A stretch of DNA of 64,000 bases from Podarcis erhardii. Taxonomy: Eukaryota. The stretch lies in assembly GCA_964252035.1 (NCBI GenBank), contig OZ176214.1, one strand, 5' to 3'. Of the stretch, positions 1 through 11,813 are shown piece after piece (within the stretch, counting starts at the first letter, position 1; each line of letters begins with the position of its first letter). A model generated the notes under the pieces. That model worked only from the letters and a program-made list of their open reading frames with translations, was not told where the DNA came from and did not search any database. The position numbers and the translations under genes are program-made.

Positions 1-240
1 GAAGGTTAAATATGTTCTTCTAACCTTCCTGTTGAGGGGCCAGTGCCAGAAAGTGGTGAGGTCAGGCATCTGCTGGGGTCCCAAGATCAGCAATGGGCCT
101 GTTGCCCCAACCGCACCACCTTTCTCGCTTTGCAGGGAGCACACCTGAAGAAGGCGCGCATCGGCTTCTCAGTGTGCATTGCTTCTAATCTGTGAAGTTC
201 ATTCCATATATTAAATGAGTTGGCTTCCCTATTCTTTCAG

Positions 241-379
241 ATTCAGAAGGTGGCATTATTGTTGGAGCATTAATTGCAGCAATTCTGGCAGCTGCTCTGA
301 TTGGTGTAATTGTTTGGGTTGTAGCCTCAAAGGAGAAAGAAAAGAAGAAAAAAGAGAAAGCTGCAATCAGTGAAATGCA
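241..379 (+). CDS. VSIG1: VSIG1 penultimate coding exon (transmembrane helix plus basic stop-transfer segment)
   Basis: ttcag|AT..ATGCA|gtaagt. Reads (H/D)SEGGIIVGALIAAILAAALIGVIVWVVASKEKEKKKKEKAAISEMQ, resembling the GIIVGALIG TM segment of VSIG1. Position next to PSMD10 matches known vertebrate synteny. Confidence 0.8.
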
Positions 380-745
380 GTAAGTTGGGCATGGGGAACC
401 TCAGCTTTGGGGGCTCAGCTTTGCAGCTCTCCAGGTTTCTCTGTCTGGCCCTTGTAGCTCCCCACTGGCCACGCTCCATTCCCTCCATGCTCTTCCCCAG
501 TTCTTTTCCCTGGCTGAAATATTTATTTGAACTGTAGTAATGGTTCCTGCTTGCAGATATGTGTGTGTACAGAAATCTGACATATTTGTGGTTGGAATGA
601 AGCCAAAGGTTCAAAAAGAGTCATAACAACTGCTCCACCCACTTTTATTCTGGCCCCACCCACCACTGGCACACAACTCCCCTGGAACATTGCCCATGAG
701 GCAATGTGTCCCTCAGGCTGAAAAGGGTTCCTCACATCTGCTGTA

Positions 746-1113
746 AAAAAAGGTAAAGGTAAAAGTCCTCTGGATGGTTAAGTCCAGTCAAAGGCGGCTA
801 TGGGGTTGCGGCGCTCATCTTACTTCATGACAAGGGAGCCAGCGTTTGTCCACAGACAGCTTTCCAGGTCATGTGGCCAGCATGACTAAACCACTTCTGG
901 TGCAACGGAAGACCGTGACGGAAGCCAGAGCGCACAGAAATGCCGTTTACCTTCCCACCGCAGCAGAACCTATTTATGCACTGGCATCTTTCGAACTGCT
1001 AGGTTTGCAGAAGATGGGACAGAACAACGGGAGCTCACTCCGTGGATTTAAACTGCCAACATTCCAATCAGCAAGCCCAAGAGGCTCAGTGATTTAGACC
1101 ACAGCGCCACCCG
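746..1113 (-). mobile_element. Sauria-type SINE (older, divergent copy) in VSIG1 intron
   Basis: (AAAGGT)n = reverse complement of the ACCTTT tail; core ggtcatgtggccagcatgactaa; tRNA-like head ending cacagcgccacccgc. Confidence 0.85.
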
Positions 1114-1796
1114 CTGTAGTTGCTGCCTGCATGGGGTAGGTAGGGCATTGCTCTAAGTTTGCTTCAGACATGATGGGCTATATCCGCCGTCTGTCTGCTA
1201 GAACAAGGGCTCTTCTGCGAATAGACAGGTGAGTTCTAATGCTGTGCAACAGAGAAATCCAGCACAACAGCTGGGCTAGCAGAAACTTATTGTACAACAG
1301 GTTGCTGGTGACTATTGCACAATAGGCTTTGCAATCAGCTTTTGCATTCTGTTGCACTACAACATTCTGCTGAAGCAAAACATTTTGCTTGCAGTATACA
1401 CCAAGGTACTATAACTTAGCACTGTGTTGGACACAACCCTATAATTCTGTCTTCTTATAGCCATTGTAGCTGTGCAGCTTGTTGAGTTGTTATCTTCAAA
1501 ACCATGAGCCATCTGAAAAATGTGATGGGGGTGGGGAATAATGGAAAAGGGAGAACTATTCCTAGAGACACCTGTGCTTTAATTGATTTGGCTACTACTT
1601 CTATCACTACTATTATTTATTTAATTTCTATACTGCCCTATACCCGAAGGTCTCAGGACAGTTCACATAAAATATCAAATACATAAAATCATAACAAAAC
1701 CAACAACCAAATAAAAAAAACCCCAAAGGTACTACAACCTTCTCTGTTTTGCATGAAATTTCTGAATACTAATGCTCTTACTTTGTTGTCTTGCAG

Positions 1797-1989
1797 GACT
1801 GTGGCTCATAAAGAACCACTGAATGTTGCCTACGCTGCTGTGCCCAGCCAAGAAAGTGCCCCAGTGGCAGCTGTTCCACCAAGCAAAGAATCCAATGAGA
1901 CCAGTGAATACAGCACCCCAGAGGAGGCTGAGGTTGCTGCCATGCCTGAGAATGCGACACAAGAAATGGAGCGCCAACCAGTTGCCTAA
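1797..1989 (+). CDS. VSIG1: VSIG1 last coding exon (acidic, Pro/Ala-rich cytoplasmic tail)
   Basis: ttgcag|G acceptor is phase-compatible with the previous exon (CA+G = Gln). Reads TVAHKEPLN...EMERQPVA, stop TAA 1987-1989. Confidence 0.75.
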
Positions 1990-3397
1990 ATTTTCCTCAC
2001 AACGTTAAGGGAACCCAACAGCAACTTGTCCAGAAACAAATTTATAAAAAGCACAACCATTTTAACCACTTCCCCCAGTGCAGCAAGGGCTTCTACATGC
2101 AGGTCCCCTTTTGGATCAGGACCTGCATGCACAAAAGGCTGCTCAGCGTGTGACTCCCTTGGCTGTATGTGAACATCCAGGACCCAGAACCATGCATGGC
2201 AGCTTTGTCCCCTGAGACCCCATGCTTTCAAACAGCTAAAGAAAGGCAGGTACTATTCCTTTAGCACACGTATTGCAAACGTTGCACCTATGCTCTTGAG
2301 GTCTTGCCTTGGTACCCACAAAACCTCTGATGTCTCCCCTTCACTGTCTTCTTGGTTATGAGGTGGTCAGGGTGGCCACCTTTCCCCCCTCCCCTTGGAA
2401 AAGTACACAGAGCTGAAGGAGGAAGTTGGAAGAGCAGCCCTCTTCTCCACTCCTTCAATCATCTCTATAGTACTTTCCAGGCTCAGATTAATTCTACTGA
2501 AATGCCCAGAGACTGGAGCCCATAGCACACACTTAAAAATGCAAGTGTACCCATGGCTTAAGGTTGGCAACCCCTACTTTTAAGATATATGTAAAAATCA
2601 TATTTTTAAAGCACTTACAATGCTGTGCCGATACATTATTCTTTTGCATTTTCCTTATTAAATGGGATGAGATGTTTTAGGCTCTAAAACAACTATAGCT
2701 CTTCCACGGCTCACAGCTTAAGTTATTTCTCAGAATAACGCTATCCTAGAACTATCTGCCAAACTACATTTTTCATTCTACATAATAACTGCACTTACTA
2801 TGGGGATGATCAAAAGCAGCTTGCATCCAGCTTTGTCTTGCAATGGGCCTTCTCAGTCCCAACTTTCCTAAAAGCAGCTCATTGAGCTTCCTCTTCCAAT
2901 CACAGGGAACTTCAGAAACATCCTCCTGTGCAACAGCTTCTCTGAGAAAAACATCCTCATGGAAAGTTATGCATGGACGAGTATTATAATGTATACTTCT
3001 GCAGGCAGTTCTCTCTTGCTGCAAGAGTATATTGGAATACAGCATTTACACCCTGTGTACCCATGCATTCATGTATATTTCTTTGTTCCAATTAAAAACT
3101 GTTAAGGTTTCATTTTGTATCATAGCTCTCAACCAAATATCCTTTAGAGCAAATGTTGGAGGACAATGAGGACTTGTTTCAAATTAAGGGTATCTAAACT
3201 TCACCGCTGAATTTGCCTGCATCAATCCCGCCCCAGTTTTATATCTACCCTGCCCCTGCCAAGTGATGATAAATAGGCAAGGTAAAGATTGCTGATATGG
3301 TTTCTAAATATTGGATAGAGTTTAACACCGTGGAACATCTAGCTTGGGCTATCTGATAAAATTATGGTGTTCAATTTGCACCCATGTAAACTTTTGA

Positions 3398-3750
3398 GGG
3401 ACGCGGGTGGCGCTGTGGGTTAAACCACAGAGCCTAGGACTTGCCAATCAGAAGGTTGGTGGTTCGAATCCCCGCAATGGGGTGAGCTCCTGTTGCTCGG
3501 TCCCTGCTCCTGCCAACCTAGCAGTTCGAAAGCACATCAAAGTGCAAGTAGATCAATAGGTACCGCTCCGGTGGGAAGGTAAACGGCGTTTCCGTGCACT
3601 GCTCTGGTTCGGCAGAAGCGGCTTAGTCATGCTGGCCACATGACCCGGAAGCTGTGCACCGGCTCCCTCGGCCAATAAAGCAAGATGAGCGCCGCAACCC
3701 CAGAGTTGGTCACGACTGGACCTAATGGTTAGGGGTCCCTTTACCTTTTT
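3398..3750 (+). mobile_element. Sauria-type SINE, full length
   Basis: GGGACGCGGGTGGCGCTGTGG head, B-box-like GGTTCGAATCCC, conserved core, ACCTTT tail. Confidence 0.92.
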
Positions 3751-4024
3751 TAAAAAAACTTTTAACATCTGTAGCTTCACTGGGATGCTTAATAGTCAAG
3801 ATGACAGGATGTCTTTTTCCTTTTATAACATGAATATAATTTTTGGATGAAGTATTTAGCTGTTTAGTTTAATTTTCCTTCTGTCTTGTACTGCAGTCTC
3901 TATACTCAAACAAATCTGTATTTTTTCTGTTATTTGCTTTTATAGAATATATTTGTTACCAATGAGTAATACACATTTGCTCTCCCACTCAACTGTGATC
4001 AGTGATGTAGGGTTACTCTTTCTA

Positions 4025-4120
4025 TTAGGGTTGTGGGTTTGAGCCCCATGTTGGGTAAAAGATTCCTGCATTGCTTAGGGTTGGACTAGATGACCCTTGG
4101 GGTCCCTTTCCAATTCTACA
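4025..4120 (+). mobile_element. Short SINE/CR1-tail remnant
   Basis: gggttggactagatgacccttggggtccc...ttctac resembles the CR1-type 3' end used by squamate SINEs. Confidence 0.5.
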
Positions 4121-4394
4121 TGTGTAACAGGATGAGGGGTGAGAAAACTGCAGTGATTCTTTTGTTACTCCAAAACATAATAAACTTTTGTTGAAATCTA
4201 CAACTCTACATTTCTTTTATAATGAAAGAAACACATCAGACAACCAAATGCCAAAGCTCCACATGCATGGGGTGGGGGTGGGTGGGTTCTCTCTACAAAA
4301 TTACTTGAAAGTCTATTGATGCAATGCTGCTGTTCGTGATTCCAAAATACTGGGAGCAATGATGAGACCAGGGCTTATGAGAAAAAGTGATATA

Positions 4395-4653
4395 CCGTAT
4401 TTTTCGCTCTACAAGACGCACCAGACCACAAGACGCACCTAGTTTTTGGAGGAGGAAAACAAGAAAAAAAAAAATCTGAATCTCAGAAGCCAGAACAGCA
4501 AGAGGGATCACTGTGCAGTGAAAGCAGCAATCCCTCTTGCTGTTCTGGCTTCTGGGATAGCTGCGCAGCCTGCATTCGCTCCATAAGACGCACACACAAT
4601 TCCCCTTACTTTTTAGGAGGGAAAAAGTGAGTCTTATAGAGCAAAAAATACAG
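4395..4653. mobile_element. Non-autonomous Tc1/mariner-type element (MITE) with internal perfect hairpin
   Basis: TA|CCGTATTTTTCGCTCTA...TAGAGCAAAAAATACAG|TA: terminal inverted repeats and TA target duplication. Ends are homologous to the element at 59197-60012. Confidence 0.85.
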
Positions 4654-6374
4654 TACAAGCTCCAGCTGCATAACTTTAAAAAGGTATAGGGAAAGGCAGC
4701 CTATAACAGAACACAGGAAGCAGCCTTATGCAAGGTCAGGCTATTTATCCATTTAGCAGAGGACTTTCTACGGGAGTGGTCTCTAACTGCTCAAGCATGG
4801 GAACCCCAATTTGCAACATGAAAACCCACCTCCAAGAGTCCATGTGTCTGATGGGACTGGTGGGCCCAGCAATCAAAGGGTAAGGCTTATGGCCTGGAAT
4901 ACAGCCAAAGAGGGAAGGGGCAGAGATAAAAGAAACAGCAATGCCCAAGTGCAGTGCTCTTTCACAGGCTTACAAATCCCCTACTGCTGTGTTCTATATC
5001 CATACATGTTGCTAACTCTTCCACAGGCACCAATTCTCCAGTGTTAAAGGCAGAGGTCTTTCAAAGTACCTTATGCATGAAAAAATTAAAACACCGGAGA
5101 CACTAGGAACTGAACCTGAGGCCTTCTGAATGCAAAATGTGTGCTCTGAAATGCCTCAGTCCTATTAGCAATGTAGTATGTTATATAATAATAGTTATGA
5201 AAAAGTGAGCAAAAAACAACTTTGCATTTTTTGGAACTAAGAGCAGTCATGGCATGTGCCACCAGAGAAAAAATTAACTTAGATTCACATGATGATAGTT
5301 ACAGAACAGTCCATCGACCAATACTATCAGAATATGAAACTTTTTGGTAATAATTGGTGTCCCTGTAGCTTAAGATTTCTGTAGGAGTACACTAGGTGTG
5401 TCTATTACACCAAAAGCAGCAGCCTTTTCCCACAGGTTCTATGACATTGGAAGACTTTTCGTGCACCTTATGAAGGACTGAACTGAACTGATCTAAGGAG
5501 CAAGTAATATTTTATTATAAGTAGCTTAGGGCATAAGAAATCATTCCAGTTGTATAAAGCTATTTGCATTAAGCCACACAGCTCAACACCACCCTTGGGA
5601 AGGGAGAAGAGGAAGAGGAGAAACAAATCCAACTTGGCCAAATGTTCTTACTGCAAAAATTGGGATTTATTTGTTCTCTTTATAGCTGTTACTTAGCAAC
5701 ATTTTAAACAAACATATTTTGTTTAAGAAGCAGCCTACTGAGATTGACAGTTGTCTACACAAGTTCATGGCACAGTAACCCTTTTAATCTGTTAAGGTGC
5801 CACAGCACTTGACTATTTTTGTTTACAGCCTTACTATGTCTATAATTGCTTTAGCTGAATTAAGCCCACTGCCTTCCCACAATGCTCCATTCCTATAACA
5901 CTCTCCCTATGCTGGGTATAAGGTTGAACCAACAGGTTTCTGTAAATAAGAATTCCAAGGAGACATACAGCAAAGCAAACAACTTTTACACAGTCCTCAT
6001 TCTCCTTCCCCAAATTTTATTTCACACAACCATGATGACACTTGAACTGAGTAATAAACTTAGTTAACAAGAAGTGCCTTGAGGAAATATTGAATACTGT
6101 TCCTTTACAAGCAAATGTATTTAAAAAGATTGTTAGAACCTGTATAGAAAGATAGATTCTTTCTATAGGAAAAGCAGGGCTTTAAATTTTTTTTAAGCAA
6201 CAATAAACTTAGCAACAAAAAATTATAAAGTTTTGTTTGGCCATGGAAAATGTAGAGAAGTGTAATTGATGCAGTACAATAAAAATTCAAGTTGTGACTG
6301 TTAAAGCCAACTTAAAGACAGTGAAAAGTCTTCAGTACTTTCACGAAGAATGGAATTCAATTTGACTGACACAG

Positions 6375-6528
6375 CTAGCCTTCAACTAGCCTCCTTAGTA
6401 TGGAACCCAGGCCACCTTTTGCAACTTGCAGTGGAGTCTTGTCTTCTTTGTTCTCAATGTATATGCTTGCTCCGTGAGACACTAGTAGTTTAGCTTCATC
6501 TGCTCTCTCTTCATCACAGGCTAAATGG
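6375..6528 (-). CDS. PSMD10: PSMD10 exon 5 (last)
   Basis: tttacag|C CAT TTA GCC... reads HLACDEERADEAKLLVSHGASIYIENKEDKTPLQVAKGGLGSILRRLVEG, stop TAG. Confidence 0.97.
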
Positions 6529-6635
6529 CTGTAAATAAGATAAAAAATTACCAACTATGCTAGAGACACATGACAAGGCAGTAATGAGCTGTCAGCCTGT
6601 ATTTCTTTGTAGGCCCCACCTATTTTAAAACTAGG

Positions 6636-7206
6636 CCTGAACTAACCCCTGTCCCCCTGTGAAATCCCATCATTTACATCAAGGTGTTTAAGGCTCAATT
6701 CAGACACTATGCTAAACCAAGATCACGCTGAACCACCATTCACTATACAGTGGTGCCCCACAAGACGAACGCCTCGCAAGACGGAAAACCTGCTAGACGA
6801 AAGGGTTTTCCGTTTTGGAGGCGCTTCGCAAAACGAATTTCCCTATGGGCTTGCTTCGCAAGACGAAAATGTCTTGCGAGTTCCTGCGGGGTTTTTTCCC
6901 TCCCCCCCCTTTTCCTAAGCCCTAAGCCGCTTATCAGCTGATCCGCTGATAAGCCGCTTATCAGCTGATCCGCTAAAAGCCGCTAAACCGCTAATAGCGC
7001 TAATCCGCTAAGCTGTCAATGGGCTTGCTTCGCAAGACGAAAAAACCGCTATACGAAGAGCCTCACGGAACGGATTAATTTCGTCTTGCGAGGCCCTGAA
7101 CTAACCCCTGTCCCCCTGTGAAATCCCATCATTTACATCAAGGTGTTTAAGGCTCAATTCAGACACTATGCTAAATCAAGATCACGCTGAACCTCCATTT
7201 ACTATA
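6636..7206. repeat. 112-bp direct duplication (6636-6747 and 7095-7206) flanking a MITE
   Basis: cctgaactaacccctg...actata occurs twice with 3 substitutions. Confidence 0.92.
6748..7094. mobile_element. Tc1/mariner-type MITE (CAGTGGTGCCCC end), right TIR truncated
   Basis: TA|CAGTGGTGCCCCACAAGACGAA at left; ttcgtcttgcgaggc at right lacks the terminal ACCACTG. Internal repeats of gcaagacgaa and gccgct(t)atcagctgatccgct. Confidence 0.8.
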
Positions 7207-7653
7207 GTTTGGCACAATATCTGAATTGACATGATAGTTACAGCAATTGTTCCACCTCTAGATGCTACTGCGGTAAGAGGATGTCACGAAACTCATGACA
7301 GAAAACAAAAGCAACTGACAGTGTAAACCCAGGTGAATAGCGTTAGGATTATAGTCATAAACAGCTTTAACTCACAGTTAGCCTGTTGTTCACCTGGACA
7401 TACAAGCCATGGTTTGATTTCAAACTACTGTTACTCAAAATCATAATTTGATGCAAAATCTCAACCAAGGCCAGAACTGCAACAGGGTGCACTTACTTGG
7501 AAGTTAAGTAGCTTGGTAGGATGCATATCTTAAATAAACATAACTAACACCAGGCTCCTCACTACAATCCCACATGCATTTACTAAAGAATCAATGGGAC
7601 TGAACTCAGTGGGATTTATGTTTGGGATTAGGCTGCGTAAAATCTGTGTGGAT

Positions 7654-8350
7654 CATAGCTGTCAACTTACAGATTTGAAAATAAGGGACCAGCAGCCTCG
7701 AAAATAAGGGATCAGCAGCCAAAATAAGGGATTTTAGTCAACCAAACAAAGCAGCCAAACAAAGCCTCAAGCAGTGGTTCCCACAGTGCAGCAACCCAGC
7801 AAAGGGATGCAGAGGGGGAAATCACTACATTAAGATGCTGCACTGGTTGGAGGGTAAGCTAAGCAGCACATCGGGGCTGCCGTCATCCTGGCACAAGGAG
7901 TTCCATCGGCCCTTCCCCGCCCGAGAGGGAGGGAGGGAGGGAGACTCTCGCCTACGCCGCCTGTGAGCCCGGCATGAGACGGTTGTGGTGCCACAGCGGC
8001 TGCTGAAGTGCTGCCCTTCTGCGTCCCTCCTCTTCCTCCTGCCTCAGGCTGCCTCCTCAGCCACTGCCGCCGCCTCCAGCTTCCCTGGGCAGCGTGGCGG
8101 AAATCTAGCAAGAGAGGGGCTGCCTGCCCGCCCGCCGCCACCTGTCTCCTCACGACGCGCCCCTGAGGGGGGAAAGGGAGAGACGGAGACGCGGCCTGAG
8201 GCGGAGGACCCCGAGACGCTGCTTCCCTCCGGAGCCGGGCGAGCATGAAACCTGGGAAATTTAAGGGACATCATCAATCCAGGACAGCAGCGGGAAACGG
8301 TGCTGGGATAAGGGAGTTTCCCGCCAAATAAGGGACAGTTGACAGCTATG
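7654..8350. mobile_element. Non-autonomous hAT element with GC-rich cargo
   Basis: 13-bp TIR CATAGCTGTCAAC/GTTGACAGCTATG; exact 8-bp TSD GTGTGGAT (7646-7653, 8351-8358); subterminal AATAAGGGA(C) repeats. Confidence 0.92.
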
Positions 8351-8841
8351 GTGTGGATGTTTCTGCACCATACATCTTAGAATACAGCCTCTCTTGTAGA
8401 ATCCCAAGAAGCTCAGTTTGAATTGTTTTTAAAAAAGTTACTTTTTTTTTTTAATAAATATTTATTAAAGTTTTTAAATATAAATGCACAAATAATAAAC
8501 GATCTTACTTCTATCACAACAATTTCATCACTTCTTTGGACTCCCTCACGTCTCCCGCTCCCATTTACATCGTTAAAAATTTTTTCCAAACAAATTATGA
8601 ACTTGTTTACAATCTCATGTCCACTCATTCAAATATAATCTAGCACTTCTTCCAAAAAATTTTATATTTTCTTTAGTCTCACTTATCTGTTTTAAAAAAA
8701 AGTTACTGAGCCTGTTAAATGAAAACTCTCAACATTAGAGAATAGTTTGTGCTAAGTAAAGAAGTATTAATATCAATGAACTTGAAAAGTATGGTTCAAA
8801 CAAACTAGGGCAAAATCTACCACAAATACGTTAGTTCTTAC

Positions 8842-9008
8842 AGAGCTGTGTTTCCCTCTGAATCCTGTAGATTGGCAGAAGCTTTGTACTTCAAAAGAAT
8901 TTGTATCATTTTCAGGTTTCCTTTGGATGCTGCTCTGTGTAGTGGAGTAGATGACAAGTGATCTTTTGCATCTGGATTAGCGCTATTCTCCAGCAGCATT
9001 AGTGCAAT
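8842..9008 (-). CDS. PSMD10: PSMD10 exon 4
   Basis: catag|ATT...GCT CT|gtaag. Reads IALMLLENSANPDAKDHLSSTPLHRAASKGNLKMIQILLKYKASANLQDSEGNTAL (ankyrin repeats). Confidence 0.97.
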
Positions 9009-9089
9009 CTATGAGTGGGGAAAGACAAAGGTTACCAAACAGGCTGCTTTGTGTTGAGCAATAAGGTGAGGAAGCAAGTGAAATCTTAC

Positions 9090-9236
9090 CTCCTGCCTAT
9101 TTTTGGATGCTGCATAATGCAGAGGCGTGCAGCCATTCTGATTGACAGCATTCACCTGAGCACCTTTCCTAATGAGAGTTTTCACAATTTCATCTCGGCC
9201 AGCAGATGCAGCAATATGCAGAGGACTCCAGCCAGC
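9090..9236 (-). CDS. PSMD10: PSMD10 exon 3
   Basis: cag|GCT...GAG|gtaag. Reads AGWSPLHIAASAGRDEIVKTLIRKGAQVNAVNQNGCTPLHYAASKNRQE. Confidence 0.98.
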
Positions 9237-9900
9237 CTGAGAAGTGAAAAGAAAACAAGGCATAGTATACTATAAGCTTTACAATTCACAGAAGCAGGGC
9301 AGGTAGAAAGACTTCTGTTGTGAGGAAAGTACCCCAGACCTCTGCATCGGTGATAGCTAGGGTTGGCTATAGCTAGGGTTGGCTTATAGGGAGTGCTCAG
9401 TTTCCTCTCTAAACAGAAGACTTGCTGGCTCATGGTTTTTAGTCACCAGGGACCGTTAAGACATTGTACAACCAAACTTTCAAGCTCTGTTAGGAAGAAA
9501 ATCCAATACTACAGAACCATGCCAAGGTTTTAACAAAATTTATCCCCTATGAAAATACTGTAAAACAGGGATGGGGGACATCTGTACCTCCAGATGCTGT
9601 TGGATTACAGCTGATCATTGGCTATGCTGCTTGGGGCTGGAGTCCTAAACATCTGGAAGGCTACAGGTTCCCCATCTCTTCCATAAAATAACTTGCTCAA
9701 CTTTGGTAAGAACTTACTCAATAGCAGGTAGCTTTGGTCATTAAAGTGGAATATGGCCCACCATTCAACATTTATACAACTGCCATCACATGATATTAAA
9801 TAGCCAATAAGGAAAGGACCAGGCTCCCTAGTTCTGGTTGCCACCTACCTCCCCAAATTAGCTCTTTCTAGAGCACCACTATATTTCTGAGCCTCTTATA

Positions 9901-10139
9901 AAGTGGTACCTCGGGTTAAGTACTTAATTCATTCTGGAGGTCCATACTTAACCTGAAACTGTTCTTAACCTGAAGCACCACTTTAGCTAATGGGGGTTCC
10001 TGCTGCTGCTACGCCGCCACATGATTTCTGTTCTCATTCTGAAGCAAAGTTCTTAACCCGAGGTACTATTTCTCGGTTAGCGGAGTCTGTAACCTGAAGC
10101 GTACGTAACCTGAAATGTATGTAACCTGAGGTACCACTG
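9901..10139. mobile_element. Tc1/mariner (pogo/Tigger-like) MITE
   Basis: TA|aAGTGGTACCTC...GAGGTACCACTG|TA; internal taacctgaa repeats. Same family as 43013 and 49402. Confidence 0.88.
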
Positions 10140-11714
10140 TATTGGGCCTTCCACAGCTATACGGCAACTTTATGTGACTTTGGATCAGAGAAGAAGTCAT
10201 GATAATGTTGCAGCTTTCTTTTCAAACCAGCTCAGCCTGCCTTCTTCAGCAGTGAAGAGAAGCAACTATGTCTTCCTTCAGGTGTAGCCGAAGACTGAAT
10301 GGTTCACCAATTCTAAAATTTCTTTTTGGAAGCCATAGTCTTCATTTCAATTTCACATGAGAACTTTTAAACTGAGGAGAAGGGGCTCAGAAATTTACCT
10401 CACACAAGGGCTGTGCCAGCTCAAAAGGGCCCCAGAATTCCGTAAAAACAACAACCCCTCATCTCATGTTGAGAACAGCAGCCAAAGATAACAAACCAGC
10501 ACACATCCCACCTCTGTGTATCACTAATTCTTCTTTAACACGTTAGAGTAGTTGGTAACAACTCCAGCAGCATTAGGAACTATATCAGCAGTGGGGAATC
10601 TTCTTAGCTTCATAGACCAGTTCCTAATTAAGATTTGCCTTGCAGGCCTAGTCTGAGAGGAGGGCATGACCCACCAATCACTTAATGTCACAAATGATGA
10701 AGTCAGGACTTTGAAGCATCTGGGAGGCAGCAAAGTGCTAAAGGCAAGTTTTTAACTTCTGTCCAAAGGGGAAGAAACTTTCCTCTTAGCAGCACCTTGT
10801 TGCCTGCTGCATGTGCAGTCAAGCAGCTGGGTAGGGTGTCTGAGAAAGCTCCCTGCGGGGAACTTTCTCACATAGCCAGACTAAGGGGATGTGGTGCGTG
10901 TGAACCACTGAGACCATCCTGGCTGTCTCTTGGTGCAGAACCAGGACATCGCCTGAATTTCCAGTCACCACTAGCCAGAATTGGCAAAACTGGCAGCAAC
11001 AGCAGCAGATATGTTCTGTGCTTAATATTTTATTCTTTTGTTAATTATGCTTTAAATGTGAATTTTACACCTGACTTCCTTGAAGTAATGTTTTCTATTG
11101 GAATGTTTAAGATAACGTTTTAGTCTCCTGTTAATTATGTTGCTCTGAATGTATATTTTATATCTGACTTTATTTAGTAATGTTTTACACGGGATTGTTT
11201 TATTTGATGTTTTAATGAGTTGTAAAGTGCTTTTAGCTTTCCCCCCTTAAAATATAAAGCAGTATAGAAGTGAAATGAAAGATAATAATAACAACCTGCT
11301 TAGCGCTGGGGTTTTATCATGAAATGAGAACATGGAGCTGCTTTAAAGTGCCTTGCATAAGTGTTGATTAAAGCATCTCATCTTTGTCCATTAAGTGAGT
11401 GGGCAGTTTGAGCTGAGCAAACAGCCCTTTTGCAAAGGGCTTTAAATCTGCTCATAAAATCCTGCTAACTTGGCTGTGCAATCCTGTTCCCTGGGAAGAG
11501 GGCAGACAGCTAATGCAAAATTTAACTCCTGTTCTCCTACCCATCAGCTGACATTTCTAGGGATGTCAGCTAACGGTCAGGTGAGTGGCCTTGTGGGCAA
11601 AGCTGGAACCTCTGGCCTGTGGGATGGAGGTTCCTATCTCTGAACTATATACCTCTGAACTATACATGCAAGATCCTGCCTAAGCACTTTCTGAAAAATA
11701 AGTCCAGAACTTAC

Positions 11715-11813
11715 ATCATCCTTGTCATTAACATGCACTCCCAGACTTAGTAAAAAGTCGACAATGTCTGCATGCCCAGCTGAACATGCCCAGTGTAGGG
11801 CTGTCCTGTTATC
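11715..11813 (-). CDS. PSMD10: PSMD10 exon 2
   Basis: ttag|GAT...GAT|gtaag. Reads DNRTALHWACSAGHADIVDFLLSLGVHVNDKDD (99 nt). Confidence 0.97.

Noticed and set aside
2368-2576. Possible hAT MITE (cagggtggccacc...ggttggcaacccct)
   Set aside because: TIRs are degenerate and no TSD was found, so boundaries cannot be supported.
3398-3480. tRNA-like A/B boxes (also near 21370-21445, 42085, 61030-61100)
   Set aside because: These are SINE heads, not tRNA genes; no cloverleaf.
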